Shown here: positions 13,601 to 27,837 of the stretch, one piece after another | Position numbering within the stretch: the first letter of the stretch is position 1 | Layout: each line of letters opens with the position of its first letter | Source: Diadema antillarum | Taxonomy: Eukaryota | Assembly (NCBI RefSeq): GCF_040938485.1 | Contig: NW_027271462.1 | Span: 186,001 to 250,000 of the forward strand | Direction: 5' to 3' | Length of the DNA: 64,000 nucleotides | The notes under the pieces: model-generated | Databases searched by the model: none | What the model saw: the letters and a program-made list of their open reading frames with translations, nothing else | What the model was told of the DNA's origin: nothing | Program-made: the position numbers and the translations under genes

Positions 13601-16600
13601 TTCCCTTGTCCCACATACAATATCATTGTCACATCATTTCTATTAACATGTTTGAACTCTAAAAAGTGCACAGTAAACTCAAGATACATTTTAACACTTA
13701 GCTGAACCCACAAATTAAAAAATAAAAATAAAAACACACACTTATTTTTGTCACTTTGCTTCCACGACATCAGAGAATTTAGTAAAAATTCATGTCATGG
13801 CCATGTCATCAAGATGGCTATCTCACATATAGCACATCACACCATATGCCTTTTATAGACACATTTGCTACCACTCCAGCTATGATTGGTCCTCCGTGCT
13901 GTTTTAATCAAGCATGGATAGATCTGCAGATGTGAATTTACTTTGACTAATTCTAATGTCTTTTTGGGCATCAGTGCATATTTCAGATAAGATGTGCACA
14001 CTGCCCTCATCCTACACATACAATGCCCCTTTACCCACCCCCTCCTGCTCTACTTACCCCAAATGATGGCCTGGCAGTGCATGTGCTCAGGAGTGTACTT
14101 CAGGAGCCGGTTCCGCCCGTTGTGGTCCTGGATGGAGTAGAGAGGGATCGTCTGGAAGCGGCGCCACCCCACCGAGAAGATGAGGGGGTCCCTTGTCTTC
14201 AGGATTCTGGAATACCACCGGTGCTTCTTCACTCGCATCTGAAAGGAACAGATACAGAAACATGCAGATGAGCAGACAAACAGACAAACAGACAGACAGA
14301 CAGACAAAAAGAAACACTGATTGAAAGAAGTTGTTAACATAAGAAGCAGAGTCATAAGAGAGCAGCGACTAAGGAAATAGAGAGACATAATAAGAATGTT
14401 ATAATTATATACTGTATACGCCGAATATTTCGCGAGGTTTTTATTTTCGCGAATTTCGCGAGTCAGGTGCCATTCGCGAAATTAAAGACACGCGAAAATA
14501 TTGACTCTGATCCCGATGTGAATGTGACGTATGCGTGTCCACTTCTCCGTTTAGTACGGGACTCCACGATCGCGAATTTCACCACTCGCGAAATTGTTGG
14601 GAAGTCCATATTCGCGAAAATTTAAACTCGCGAAATATATGGCGTATACAGTAGATGATGAAATTCACAATTCTCAAGAATTATTCCACAAGAAAAACAT
14701 TTCATCTAAAAAAGGCTCAAAAGTGGTTATTCATATTTTGTGGTATAAATAGTACGTAGCTTGATGTAATACACCTGTGAGGTCCATGTCTCGAAGACTC
14801 TTGGGAATACACTAACACAAGTTCTCCTACTTCCTCAAAGTACCATTGACATCCTCCACAGTACAGATACCAGAGATGATGACAGTGTCAAGTGGGGGAC
14901 TATCATCTCACCTGTACGTAGCCCACTGCCTCCTCGCTGTTCAGCAGACCGCCGAGGATGATGGGATACGTCGGGTCAAAGTTCGTCACAAATTCACAGG
15001 GCATGCTGGAAATCTATGCAAAGGGAAATACATGCAAGAGTACACTTTGGTCAAATAATCATTCATAGCAAGCATCTGTACATCTCTGAAAATCCTCTCT
15101 TAAATTGCACATAAAGGTAAGCTGAACTAATATCAAATATTTGTCAATCTTAACATTTTATATTCCAGCTAAATGAACTGTGCAAGATGGAAAAATCAAA
15201 GGCTTCACACAGGTTTCAAATTTCTTTTATGTCAAGGTAAGAATGGGACACTCTTTCATCTTCTGCTAGATGTTGCTTGACCCCCCAAACTCCAAGACTA
15301 ATAACTTGATCTTAGAGGAATTGAGAAGCAAGCAATCTCATAAATCTGACAGTACAATGTAGATGGGTTTCATCTTGAAATACATGTATATCTTCAATTA
15401 GTGACATACTCAAAGCGCATGATACATGACACCCATAGCGATGTACAAATTGGAACTATGACATTGTTGGAGTGTTCACATAGCCTCATTCTCTTCCCTC
15501 TTGAACCATTTGCCCAGTTTTACTTAAATATTTCTGACCCATTTCATTCCTTTAAATGACTCCTGTTAAAGATGATCATTCTCATTCAGTGCACTTTCCC
15601 TTACCATTAATCAATCTTCTTATCATTAATTTCACTTTTCTTCTCTTTTTTGTATAAACTTACCTCCACCCTAACATACATGCCCGCCCTGAAGCCCTCG
15701 TACTGTGTGCGAATTTCGTCGTCCATGTCAGCAAATTCACTCCGGTTTAACTGGTGAAGTCAGAGAAAAATCTGATTAGTTGGGTGGGGGGAACTTTCCC
15801 TTTAAGTCACAAAAATTTGGTAAGTAGAAGGACGTGAAGACAGTAAAGAGAAAGAGAGACAGACAGATAAGATACAAAGTGTTCAATTCACTTCATATTG
15901 ATTATCATTCATGGGAGTGAGAGCAAAGAACTTGACATCTTAGAGAAAATATCAAAGCTTCAGGCTCCCTCAATTGAAAGTAAGGGAAAATTATTAGATG
16001 TTCATTCAGAGGCTGTTATTGCAGTCAAGCAAATTATCTATCGATAACAGTCTCCTTCACCTGTGTAATGTAGTAGATCACCGCTATGGTCTAGCACCCC
16101 CTGTTGCTGAAATGTAAGTGAACAACAACAATGGCAGAATAAACAACAAGAAGTGAAACGTCAAATTCGCTGTAGTACATATATATCTCACTTCATTTGG
16201 TCGTCCAAATATGTAGTCTATAGATCTGTTAGCTGCTAACAAGGACTACACAAACTCTACATCCTGTACACCTTCAGATACAATGAAATTTTCATACATT
16301 CAATCATACCTATATCTTTAAAGTACTAATGTTAACATTTTGATGTGAAAATTGATGATTTTGTTGTAATGATTTCATTCTTGTGTACAAGTGGAGAACT
16401 AAAACAAACAAATTTGAAAGCTGTGATGTGTGATCAATAACACACACTCAAATCTAGGTTTACAAGAGGAGATTCCTTCAAGATCAAGCTTTTATTGATA
16501 GGATTTCCTGGCAGCATACATTTCATAATCTGTAAGCAAACAGAACAGCTTCAAGAGACCACCCTCTCTCTCAACTCACATATATCCCTGATGGAGAATA

Positions 16601-19600
16601 AAGCTTTAGGTCATATACAGATTGTTTTTGTTTTCTGTTTTTGTTTTTCCTTCCTTGGCTTATTTATAAGAACCCAGATATATGGACAAAACAAAATCAT
16701 GGAACATAATCTTACAAAGTTTCTATTGTCTAATGAATAACTATCAAAACCATTCTGCAGGCACCAGCACACGGTCAAAATAAAGATTCCTCACCTGTGC
16801 CTGTTGATTCATCTCCTCCTTTAGTTCGTCAAAGTACGTCTCGCCGCCTTTGTTGTCGTAGTCGGCGTCAAACAGCTCCTTCAGTTTGCGCTTCTTCTCG
16901 GCTCGTTTCTCTGCCAAGGTCATGTCTCGCTTGGCCTTCTTCTTCTCCTCCACCACTTCATTGTCGTCGTCGTTCCCCTCGTCGCTGCTCTCGTCGACAT
17001 CGGAATCATCGACTGTTGATGCAGGATTCCCCTTGTGGACTTCACCGGTCTCCAGGTCCTCAAAGTCACCGTACAGCTCATCTGTGACAGTGGAGCAAAA
17101 CTGAATGGTTAATTTCTGTACTTTGCCATTTATAAACCATGCTGGCAGTTTGATCTGGATTATTTGGCATACCAAGAAAAACACAAAATGACAGTGCTGA
17201 ATACACATTGTTTCTTGAAAAGTTTACATTCAAAATTGTTAATCATATGGGCACTGCTCAACTTTACAAATTCAGAATTTTGAGATGAGAAAATCAAACA
17301 CTCCCAAGAATCTTAACAAATGTGATTTGCAAGATGTACATCATTGTACTGGGCAATCACATTGTAAGCCTCTTGACATGGTTCCCTAAACAAGACTGAA
17401 GTGCTTTCAAAGAGGAACTTTCATTCATTTGCAAAAAAAAAAAAATAGTACACTAATCTCTTGAGATGAAGATGTTTCTACATTTGCTAAGTGAACATAC
17501 ATATATCCAAATGTGACAATGCTTGTCATTTATTGAACTTAAATACAATATTAATTAGTCACACATACACAAAATAGCTGGCTTTGAGACTTTGTAGCTA
17601 CTTCAAGATTTTTTTTTTTTTTTTTTATCAAGGACAAAAAAGTTCAGATCTTTTTTTAGACCCAAGTGCAACTTCCTAAGTTGAAAAGCAGTTTCAAAAC
17701 AGCATCTAAGCAAGGAAATTCTACACATTAAATCTTTGAAAGATAGATTCATTTTGCAGGCAAAATTATCATGAGCTTTCATGAAATACTGCCCTCTACA
17801 GGTGACATCCTTACCATCTTGATCAAGGAGAGTCTTTGCGTCTTCTCCCTCCTCCCATTTTCCAGTCACAAAACAGTCTGCGATGAGATTCTTTATCTGA
17901 ACAAAGATTGGGCAACAAACAAAGATAAGGGAGAAAGCATACTATTTTATTGGTTTCAAACTATTCCAGCAGCATCGAATATATAGCTTTACTTCACCAG
18001 AAAGTAGTTCAAGTTTACTGTAAAACATGATATATTCGCGGCATGAAAATTTCGCGAAATGGAGCCGTCGGCCTTTCTCGCAGCATGAAATTTTCGCGAA
18101 TTGCCACTTTCGCGCGCATTTTAATTTCGCAAATGTTGGCGCTCGCAAAATTCGCGAAATTAAAATGCACGCGAACATTCCTCGTTTTACAGTATTCATT
18201 ATGAAGTGTCCAAACTTTATGAACAGAATAAATGTCCATACATAAGATTAGGTATTAAATACCTGCTATCAACAATAACATCAACTACAACTCCCCTAAA
18301 AAGTCATTAAAATCCCCTAAAATTTGATGTGAATATTACAACTGCAAGTTTTGCGACTCAATTCTTATATCAAAAGGAAATGTACGTAGATTCCAACACA
18401 AGTTACAAGGATCTTTTTGAGGTAACGTTTTGATTGCCTAATCTAAATTACATGTCAATGTGATGGATAATACCAATTGTAGAAACAAAATTTTTTAGGA
18501 TTTTAGAACCTTATTATCACTTGCATAATTTTACTGGCATTGATCGACTAGTATTTTTTTTCTTTTTAAACTACTCTCTCCTTCTACGACTTACTTCCTG
18601 CGAAGTCCAGTCCCGTACTACCTCTATGGGGAAGGCTGAACTGTCCAGGTCATTCATCCCTTTCCGTAGCTTCTTCTTCCGCGAGTCTGCGGTCGTCTTG
18701 GCAACAGAGAAGAGTCCTCCGAGTTCCTCTCCTTCTTCATCATCAGAAGATGCCGCCTCAGCCACTACAGAGAAAAATTCTTTGTAATTTACGTGTAGAA
18801 AGATATATTTTTTACTTTCATTTCTTGCACTTTTCTCACAGAAGGCTTTCCTTGATATTCCTAGGACATACTTTCAAACCACAGGATAACAATTCTGCTA
18901 TGATAGTATACATCAATAGTTTTATCATCTGACAGATAGCAACACTGAGATGTCATATTATTATAATGTCACATGATGGGGGATCTTTCAAATGTGGAGT
19001 TATGACTGTCTTGCAACAAGGTACCTTGATTCAAAGTCCACTGTCAAGGGTCAGAGTGTTTGCCTCTAACCCAAAGGGATAACATCACGACAAAAGCCCG
19101 ACTAGTCCTACCATCTAAAACTACACATGCTACCGACCTATTGTACATTGTAGTTAGCTCATCTCTTCCTTCTCATGCCCTCCCACCACCCCTTTCTTTC
19201 TGCCTATACATTTTGTAGCTGAGAAGCACTCACCATTCCCATACACCAGTCTACGGAGGTTGGGCGTCTGTGACTGCTGTCTCAGGAAGGCCTGCGCAGC
19301 CTTCTGGGCGAGATTTTCTTTCCACTTGAGGTGACCTATACCCAAGGGAAAGATAACACTTGTAAAACCACTAGCAAAATACTTCCCACTAAATTAGACA
19401 CACCATATGTCACCATACTCCAGAAGACAATACAAGTAAGATCAAAGAAGGCAATTTTTAAATCTATACATCTGTCTCTGCAACAGAATACAAAGAGTAG
19501 CGATAGACATGAAATCTTTGACCACATTCACAATGACAACACATTATAATCAAAGAGAACCAGACAATTTTAGAACCTAGTAGAATATAGTGTCTGGAGT

Positions 19601-22600
19601 GTAGTCTTCTTGTAAGTCATACAGTATACCCTTTGACCCCTAAAATATCTGTTCTGTACCTTATTACCAAACTGTCCTAAAATCATCATCTACGCATCAT
19701 AAGTGCTGAATTCTGCTGTTAAATCTGCATTTTAGACGTACAAGACTTAGTGAAATTTTCAGCTTTCACCATGACTTTCAACACATTCCGAAGTTTTTGG
19801 CCCAATTTTGCTTTGCAGGATACTCTCTCATGCTATATAAACATAAACTTACTCCATAATTACATCCCTGCTAGATCTCTACGCTCATCCAACTCCGGTT
19901 CTCTGATAATTCCAAGATTCACTACAATATGGGGCACACGAGCACTCTGCAGAGTGGATTTGGCGCTATATAAATCATATCAATTATTATTATTATTATA
20001 AAAGCATAAATTTGATGAAATGAGAGGTAGATATGGGGTAAGAATATTGTATGCAGTCTTTCCGTCCATGCCCATGCCAATGCCAGCTTTGTGGCCTGAG
20101 AACTATTTTCTCCGCCACCTCACTACGGGTTGCAATCACACACTGGTATCAGCTATCTAAAATGCAATGCACACTTTTCTCAAAAAAAGATTTCATTCTT
20201 AGAGAAACAATTTTTTTTTTTTTCATAAGGATAAAAACTGGGTAAAGGATCAATAACATTTAGATGTTAAAACAAGCTTTTATCACTATTTTTCCTGTCA
20301 AAATCATACAAAGATACATACAATATATTTACCTTCCTCATCTTCCTCTTTGGTGTCAGACTCATCATCATCATCTCCTTCTTTATCATCTCCCTCATCA
20401 TCTCCCTCATCATCCTCATCATCCTCATCATCCTCCTCATCCTCCTCATCTTCTGTGTCCTCCTCCTCATCGCTGTCTTCTTCTCTTTCTTCAAACTCAT
20501 CTTTGCTCTGGTCTCTTTTCTCCACCTCCTCATCATCGTCGTCGCTGGACTCGTCAGAAAAGTCATTCTCCAAGAACCGAGTGCTGTCACCTTCCTTTCC
20601 CTTTCCCTGCACAGACTTTCCTTTCTTAGTTCTTTGGTCTCCCATCTCTTCAGATAAACGGTTGGAGTCTCTCGGTAATGCGAGGTTATCATTTCCTTTT
20701 GGGATGGTCTTTGAGATTACAGTTTTAGTCCTCTTGTCCTCAGCACTGCTCATTTTCACCTGATTGCCTCTCCTGTTGCTTAAATGTTCCTCCCCCTCTT
20801 CTTCCTCCTCCTCTTCTTCCTCCTCCTCCTCTTCATCATCGTCGTCATCATCATCATCATAATCATCACTGTCTTCATCATCATCACCATCACTGCCAGC
20901 TTTTGTCCTGTTGCTATGCTGAAGTGATGACTTTGTTGCTAAAGCATTTTTAGTTCTCACTTTCTTTGTAGAAATCACATCTTCTCTTTCCAGTTCATCA
21001 TCACTGTCTGCAAAGGCAAGATCTTCCACATCCTGCATAACAAAATGAATAAAATTATTAACCCTCTCTGTACCAGGGATTTTGGACAGTGTGTACAATG
21101 CTATGGGGTTTTTCTGTGACAATCAGCACTCAAAGCACGCAAAGAGTTAACCTTTCAGTCACTACAGGCTGTACCTCCATTCTAACATTGACAAATTACA
21201 AAATATGGTTCAGAACAGTGATAACATTGTAAACTAGAATGTGTGGAATTTGAACAACATATTGTATATCACAAAACAGAAATACTGGTTAAATGAATTA
21301 GTGCAAACTAAGACAATGCATTGTTAAAGGGCATGTCTGCACATATTTGGCTTAAAAGTACAACTCATTGATGCAAAATGCATTTCACTATGCTACAGTT
21401 GGTTGTACCTTACAGGTCCTGTTTACCTTTGGGAGCAGTGATTTTAAAAATGTTCAAGATATGACATTTGATGCATATGTGTAGGTCTGTTGTATCACAA
21501 AACATCCTACCGTATAAAATTTTCACAATAAATCCAAATATATTTAAGGAGATATAAGTATTTTTCTCATTAAACCATAACTGTAGATGGTTTAGTCAGG
21601 AAACATTTTTATTATAACTATTGTTCACTTTTTGTGTATTTAACAATACTTAACATCGATTATACGGATTCAAATTTTTACAGTGGTTGTTTCTATCCCG
21701 AACTCACATTTTAGAACTACATATATCTTAAAACACTAATGCTGGCTTTTTGTTACATCTGCAAATTGTAAATTATGCCTTTAAACCGAGATCAAGCGCA
21801 TAAATATGAACATATCAGCTTTTTAGGAAACATTAGAATTTTGAAGGAATTTTGAGTCAGAAGAGTGATACTCTTGTTCCCTCCATATCTACTGCTGATA
21901 TTGTACACACATTTTTCACATACACGTACAATGTAACATCATTGTGACATTAATACTACCATACCATTTTTGCCTTTTTAGTCCTCTGTTCCATTCCAGT
22001 ACTGTGTAGGGAGATCTTCTGATGCTGATATGCACACACAAATAAACATGACAAAGACACAATGTATCAAAAATACAAACAAAATCACTACATCAGTTGG
22101 AAGGTTTATTTCATTCTAAATGAAACTTGACCATTGACACTGCATTCAATCCATTTAAATCAAAAACTGAAATACAGTGAAATGACAACTCCTTCACTTC
22201 ATAAGATTTCCCTTTTATCACAGTGTTATATTTGCAGACAAGAGAAATCAAGCAGCAGTAAATAATATCCATTTTTTGACAGCTACACTAGAAGAGCCAA
22301 ATATCTTTTTCCATGTCATTTTGCATTGTCACTGCGCATATGAAAGTGAGCTCTGATTTAAAGACAGGATAAGCTGTTTACACAATTACATGTTGTATGT
22401 ATATGTACATTCCAGAAATCAAGTCATGAGTGTATCTTATACCTCTTGCTAGATCCCTCTTAAAACACCATAAATTGCAAAATACACACTCTGGGCATTT
22501 CATACTATTATGAATACCAGTACAGTACACTAACACTAGAAATAGGAAACTTTGGGGCATTCTGTAAAACAAGGAATTACATCTCATCATGAGATTGATT

Positions 22601-25600
22601 TCAATGACAAATTGATGGCTTACCTTAAATTTACTTTCTTCTTCTTTCTCCTCATTCTCTTCATCATCGTCTTCAAAGCTGTCACCATCATCCTCCTCCT
22701 CCTCCTCCTCCTCTTCCTCCTCTTCATCTCCATCTTCCTCATCATCATCCTCTCCCTCTTCCTCTCCTCCTCCAAGAACAGCTTTCCTCCTCACCCTCCC
22801 GTCCTCCGCGGTGATGCGCTCCTCCTCCGGTAGGGCAAAGTTGGTATCCATGGCGACCTCTTCGGAGGACACCGGCTTGGAGTCAGCAAAGAGGGCCAGC
22901 TTGCTGGCAGCCATCTTGGTGTCCAGAGTCTTCTGGGTGCCGATCAGACTGGAGACCAACTCGTTGGTGGATTGATCCTCATCCTGTCATTAGTTGAAAA
23001 GAAAAATAATAAAAAGAAATAATAAAACTGTGGTACGAACAACTTAAAATGTAGTACTATCTACAGACTAGCAAATAAGCATGGCATTGCAGCAGCACAA
23101 ATGTGGCGAGACCCACAATTTACAAGCTTCAATATTCAAGGGGTACCCTGTCTCCATCCTCTAATTTTTGATCACCAAAATAGAAATTTCTGCAATTCCC
23201 ATCAAAAATATAATGTACCCCTTTTTTTTATAGATAGCTTGCGTTGATATTTCTTTACTTTCATGTGTATTCTGGGTATATGTTATTGATTATGTTGAGA
23301 TGGAGAAAAATATAATAACTTGAACTTGAACTTGAACTTGAACCTCCATGTGTGCATCATACATGAGTGATATCTATGCCAATGAAATGGGTTACTGAAA
23401 GTAGCAATAAGTAAACAATAAATAAGAGAAGACATAGAATACAAATCATCCTACAGTTCTACTTGTTTGTGTATAAGAAGGTACATAAGTCAACGATTGA
23501 TAAAACGCAATGAAATATGCTGGTACAGCAAGATTATTTTTACTTTTACATTGCAGTGAGAAAAAAATGCTAACTACCGTGTATGCAACAATCATCTTGC
23601 ATTCCTTCAAGTGAGTCATTAGCTTCTAGTTACAAATGATGAATACAATATTCCAGCAAGTAGATGTACAAGTCATGGAGAACATCATACCTCAACGTTC
23701 TGACTATGTGGCTTGTGGCTGCCCAACTCCACGTAGACAACATCTTTGTCATAGACGATCCCGCCGACTCCAGACATGGGTGCATAGATGAGTCGCTCCT
23801 TCTCATTCAAGGAGCGTTTCTTCTCTTTGTTCGGCAGGGGGCAAGGGTCAGGCAGAAAGGAAACATCCTTCAATCCGAAGTCACCACATCCTAAAAAAAA
23901 AAAAAAAAAATTAAAAAGCAGACATAGTAGAAGTAACATCACAATGAAATGACTTGTAAACATGAAGGAGGCAATTTTAATGATGAAAAGAGAAATTTAG
24001 ATAATTTTTGTATATGAATTCTCATAAGACATGGATTTTGTTAAAATCTTTACTTGACAGTAATCAAAACTTTGTTCTGAAAACCTTTTATATAGTATGC
24101 CTACATTGAGCGTGATCTGGGTATATGTGTGTGTGTGAGTGTGTTGCGTGTGTGTTTGAAATTATGTCTATACTGCATATGCATACACGTATAAACACAC
24201 CTCCTGTGTAGTTGGGATGCTGGTGCATGCGTGATTTCTCTGTTCATCTCAAAACAAATTCATATTCCTCAATATCAAATTTCAGAACAACGATGAAAAT
24301 AAAGTTTGCGTTAGGTTCTTGTATTTTCTACTGGAGTACCAGTGAATACATTTTACAAGGTTTTCTCTCTTTTTTTTTTGCACGTTGAAAAAGTGAAAAT
24401 AAAGTTTCAATTGAATTGAATTGAACTGAACTGAATTGAACTGAATTGAATTGAATCTGAAAACATCAGAAAGATAGAAAGAGACAGACAAAATTATTGC
24501 ACAAATTATTTTCAAAAATTGGCATTCAATTATCTTTTCCAATCATCCATTGGAAACAGCACCAAATCAAGTGGTTAAACTTGTAATTGGCATTATTGAC
24601 TGCAAACAAGAATCCAGTATCCCTAGTCCTACCTGGAATGTGAACGGAGCTATTCTGCCTGAGTGGGATTCCTCGCATGTAACCATAGAGGGCGACATTG
24701 CGGTCACATTTGGGATTCTGTCTGATGAGTTCGGGACTGGTCAGGTCTTCCATTCTGCATGACAAAGAAAGGGCACAGCATGAAAGGAAGAAATTGTATC
24801 AGTTACTTTCATATTTTATAAACTTATAACATGACACCACTTTGATTTGTTTTTCTCTCAGCTATTTTTCTCCCACTTTTGCTTTCTCCCTCACCCAATT
24901 ACTTCTGGTTGTGTTTCAGTATTTCTCGTTTGTTTATTCCACATTACTTTGGGATGTGTCTTCAATGAATTAACACTGAAGTTCTAGGTGCCTAAAACAC
25001 AGTCTCATGACATCAAATTATTTTCAGAGCGACTAAACATGATATTTAGTGTGGATAAACAAATCTTGTCTGTCCTTTCCATTGAGGTTTGCACGACATC
25101 ATGACAACTGTACTGCAATGTCTTTCAAACATATATTCTGATCCAACATTTGTCAGAAAGTACAGAGGGTTGAGTCAACCCAAATATACAAATAAATAGC
25201 AATCAAACAACCGATCAAAAATGGCAGCTCACCTGTCAGCGATAATGTAGGGATGTGTGTTCCTCCAGACGAGGGGTCTGAACTTCATCACAGAGATGAA
25301 GCGACCCAGGTTGTGGACTTCTCTCCTCTGGTAGTCACCGTGGACCATTCCCGACAAGTAGAACAGCTTGGCTCCCTAGAGAATGAAAATGATGATTATC
25401 TCTCTTGAGTAAGTTTGTGGGATTTCCTTTTGCTGGCTTCCCATATGAAATACGACTCTTGTAGTTTGAGAGATGTCTTTTTTGCTTTATTACATACTTT
25501 AAGGTGCTGAGAGGGACAGTAAGGTGGCTATCATGCAGCCTATGATTATGTAATGTGAATAATCATTTCAGTGTCATTAAACACTGCATGAACAGATGTA

Positions 25601-27796
25601 CAGTCATTTTGAGCAACTTGCAAAATTTTTGAGGAATTCAGGACACTAGGTCAATCAGTGATACAAACTTAGAAGAATCTTTGCTGTGAGAATTATGGTT
25701 TTTCATTGTGTTTTTCAAATCTATGCAACTTTTCTAGATTTGTGTTACCCTGGACATGTGATAAGCAAAGTTGTTGAGAAATGCCAAGCTTTGGTTTGAT
25801 GTGAATTGTATGACAAATCCCTGATTTTTTTTTCTTTCTAATGATGAGAAGCTACAATACAGCAGAGGTATGACTTGTGCATACAAAACAATGACAGAAA
25901 TGTGGAATTTGCTCACAAATCCAGTAAGGAACACTGTTTGTTAGTCAATTACCACATAAAATCAAGCTGCGTGATTTATCGATCAGTTTGGGCGAATTTG
26001 TGTATTTGAGCAGAATATGCAAACTAGGCATGCCGTCGACTGAGTTGGGTGTGCAAACGTAACACATAAAGGGTTAATGTCATTCAGTCCTATTTGACAT
26101 TGTTTTTATTTTGCTCAAAGAACAGGTTATAGATATGACCCCACCCACCTGGTAGACCTCAGTCCAGAACCGGTGTTTGAGTCTCTTCTTTGTCTTCTTC
26201 AGCGCCTTGTTGTCCTTCATCATGTCCAGGTGGGTCAAGACACCCATGATGCGGGGGAAGCCGTGCACCTGGGCAACGTTCAAGAACTCAAAGGTCTCCA
26301 TCTCAAACCCAAAGCTGGCGTCAACCAGCAGCAGGGCCTAAAATGAAATGGGCGAGGTGGGAGAAAACAAAAAATGGGAGAATAGAGGGTTGAATGGCAG
26401 CATACCTGTCTAGGATGAAAAGTCCACCACAAGTGACATTCATTGCTAAATCAGGACACAAATTCCCATAACAGGATCATAATTCTAGCACTACATCAGT
26501 AGAGGGCAAGGCACAAAACAATCAGATATGAAACTTTGAAGGTGTCACTATGAGATCTGCACTTATTGTAACCTTCCCCAGTCTCTCAAATATGAAAAAG
26601 GCTACACACTTGCTTCTACTCTTGCCTACAATTTATGCCTCTTACATGAGGAAAATCATTGTAGGGACTGGGAAAAGAGTATTCATTGTACGCAAACTTC
26701 TGACAACATTCGTCTCCTGGGCCAGAGGGAAAAAAATATATATTTTAGTAAAACTTCATTTTTTTTTGCCACAAGCAATGTCATCAGGGTTGAAATATGC
26801 TTCAGTCCACTCAAATCTGAGCTCTAAAACATGCAATGAACACTAGCCACTTTTCAAATACAAAAATGCAACAAGTCATACTCTATTCAATCTACCAGCA
26901 TTGTGCATCTATGCAAATCAATAAGACACCCAGAGCAGTACTGCAGGGAATACTCAGTAATTTTCCTGCTTTCATATCGCAATTTGCTATGCATCTTTTA
27001 TATGACTGCCATACAAAATTTCTTGTGTGTAGCAGGTTTGTTCCAAAGGACTGTACAGAACTTCCCATTGATCAAAACTGCTTAACAAATTTTGAGAAAT
27101 AAAATGATTCCCTGTACTTGTAACTCACCAGATCAGCAACTTTGGCGATATCGATCATGCTGTTGATGTCATTATTGCACTCAATAAGAGTAAGGCGCCT
27201 CTTTTTGCCTGTGATGGGAAAAAAAGGGAACAAATATCCAAGAGATGTGAATCACAGTGTAAGATTAAACTTTTAACAATCACAACAATCTTCATAGTGC
27301 CTAAGCCAAGGACGGAGATGAGGACAGCATTCTGATAACATCAGCACATAGAAAAGAAATTAATTTGTTCCAGTGGCATGTACAGTAGGTGATCCTTTCC
27401 TACATGCCAATCAATGAAATAAAAGATATAATACATTGCAGTAGTCAAAAAAGTANNNNNNNNNNNNNNNNNNNNNNNNNNNNNNNNNNNNNNNNNNNNN
27501 NNNNNNNNNNNNNNNNNNNNNNNNNNNNNNNNNNNNNNNNNNNNNNNNNNNNNNNNNNNNNNNNNNNNNNNNNNNNNNNNNNNNNNNNNNNNNNNNNNNN
27601 NNNNNNNNNNNNNNNNNNNNNNNNNNNNNNNNNNNNNNNNNNNNNNNNNNNNNNNNNNNNNNNNNNNNNNNNNNNNNNNNNNNNNNNNNNNNNNNNNNNN
27701 NNNNNNNNNNNNNNNNNNNNNNNNNNNNNNNNNNNNNNNNNNNNNNNNNNNNNNNNNNNNNNNNNNNNNNNNNNNNNNNNNNACTGTAGTAATAGT

Positions 27797-27837
<41 letters not shown>

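Noticed and set aside
20264-20763. Alternative-frame and antisense Ser/His/Arg-rich ORFs over BMS1 exon 9
   Set aside because: Shadows of the acidic trinucleotide tracts.
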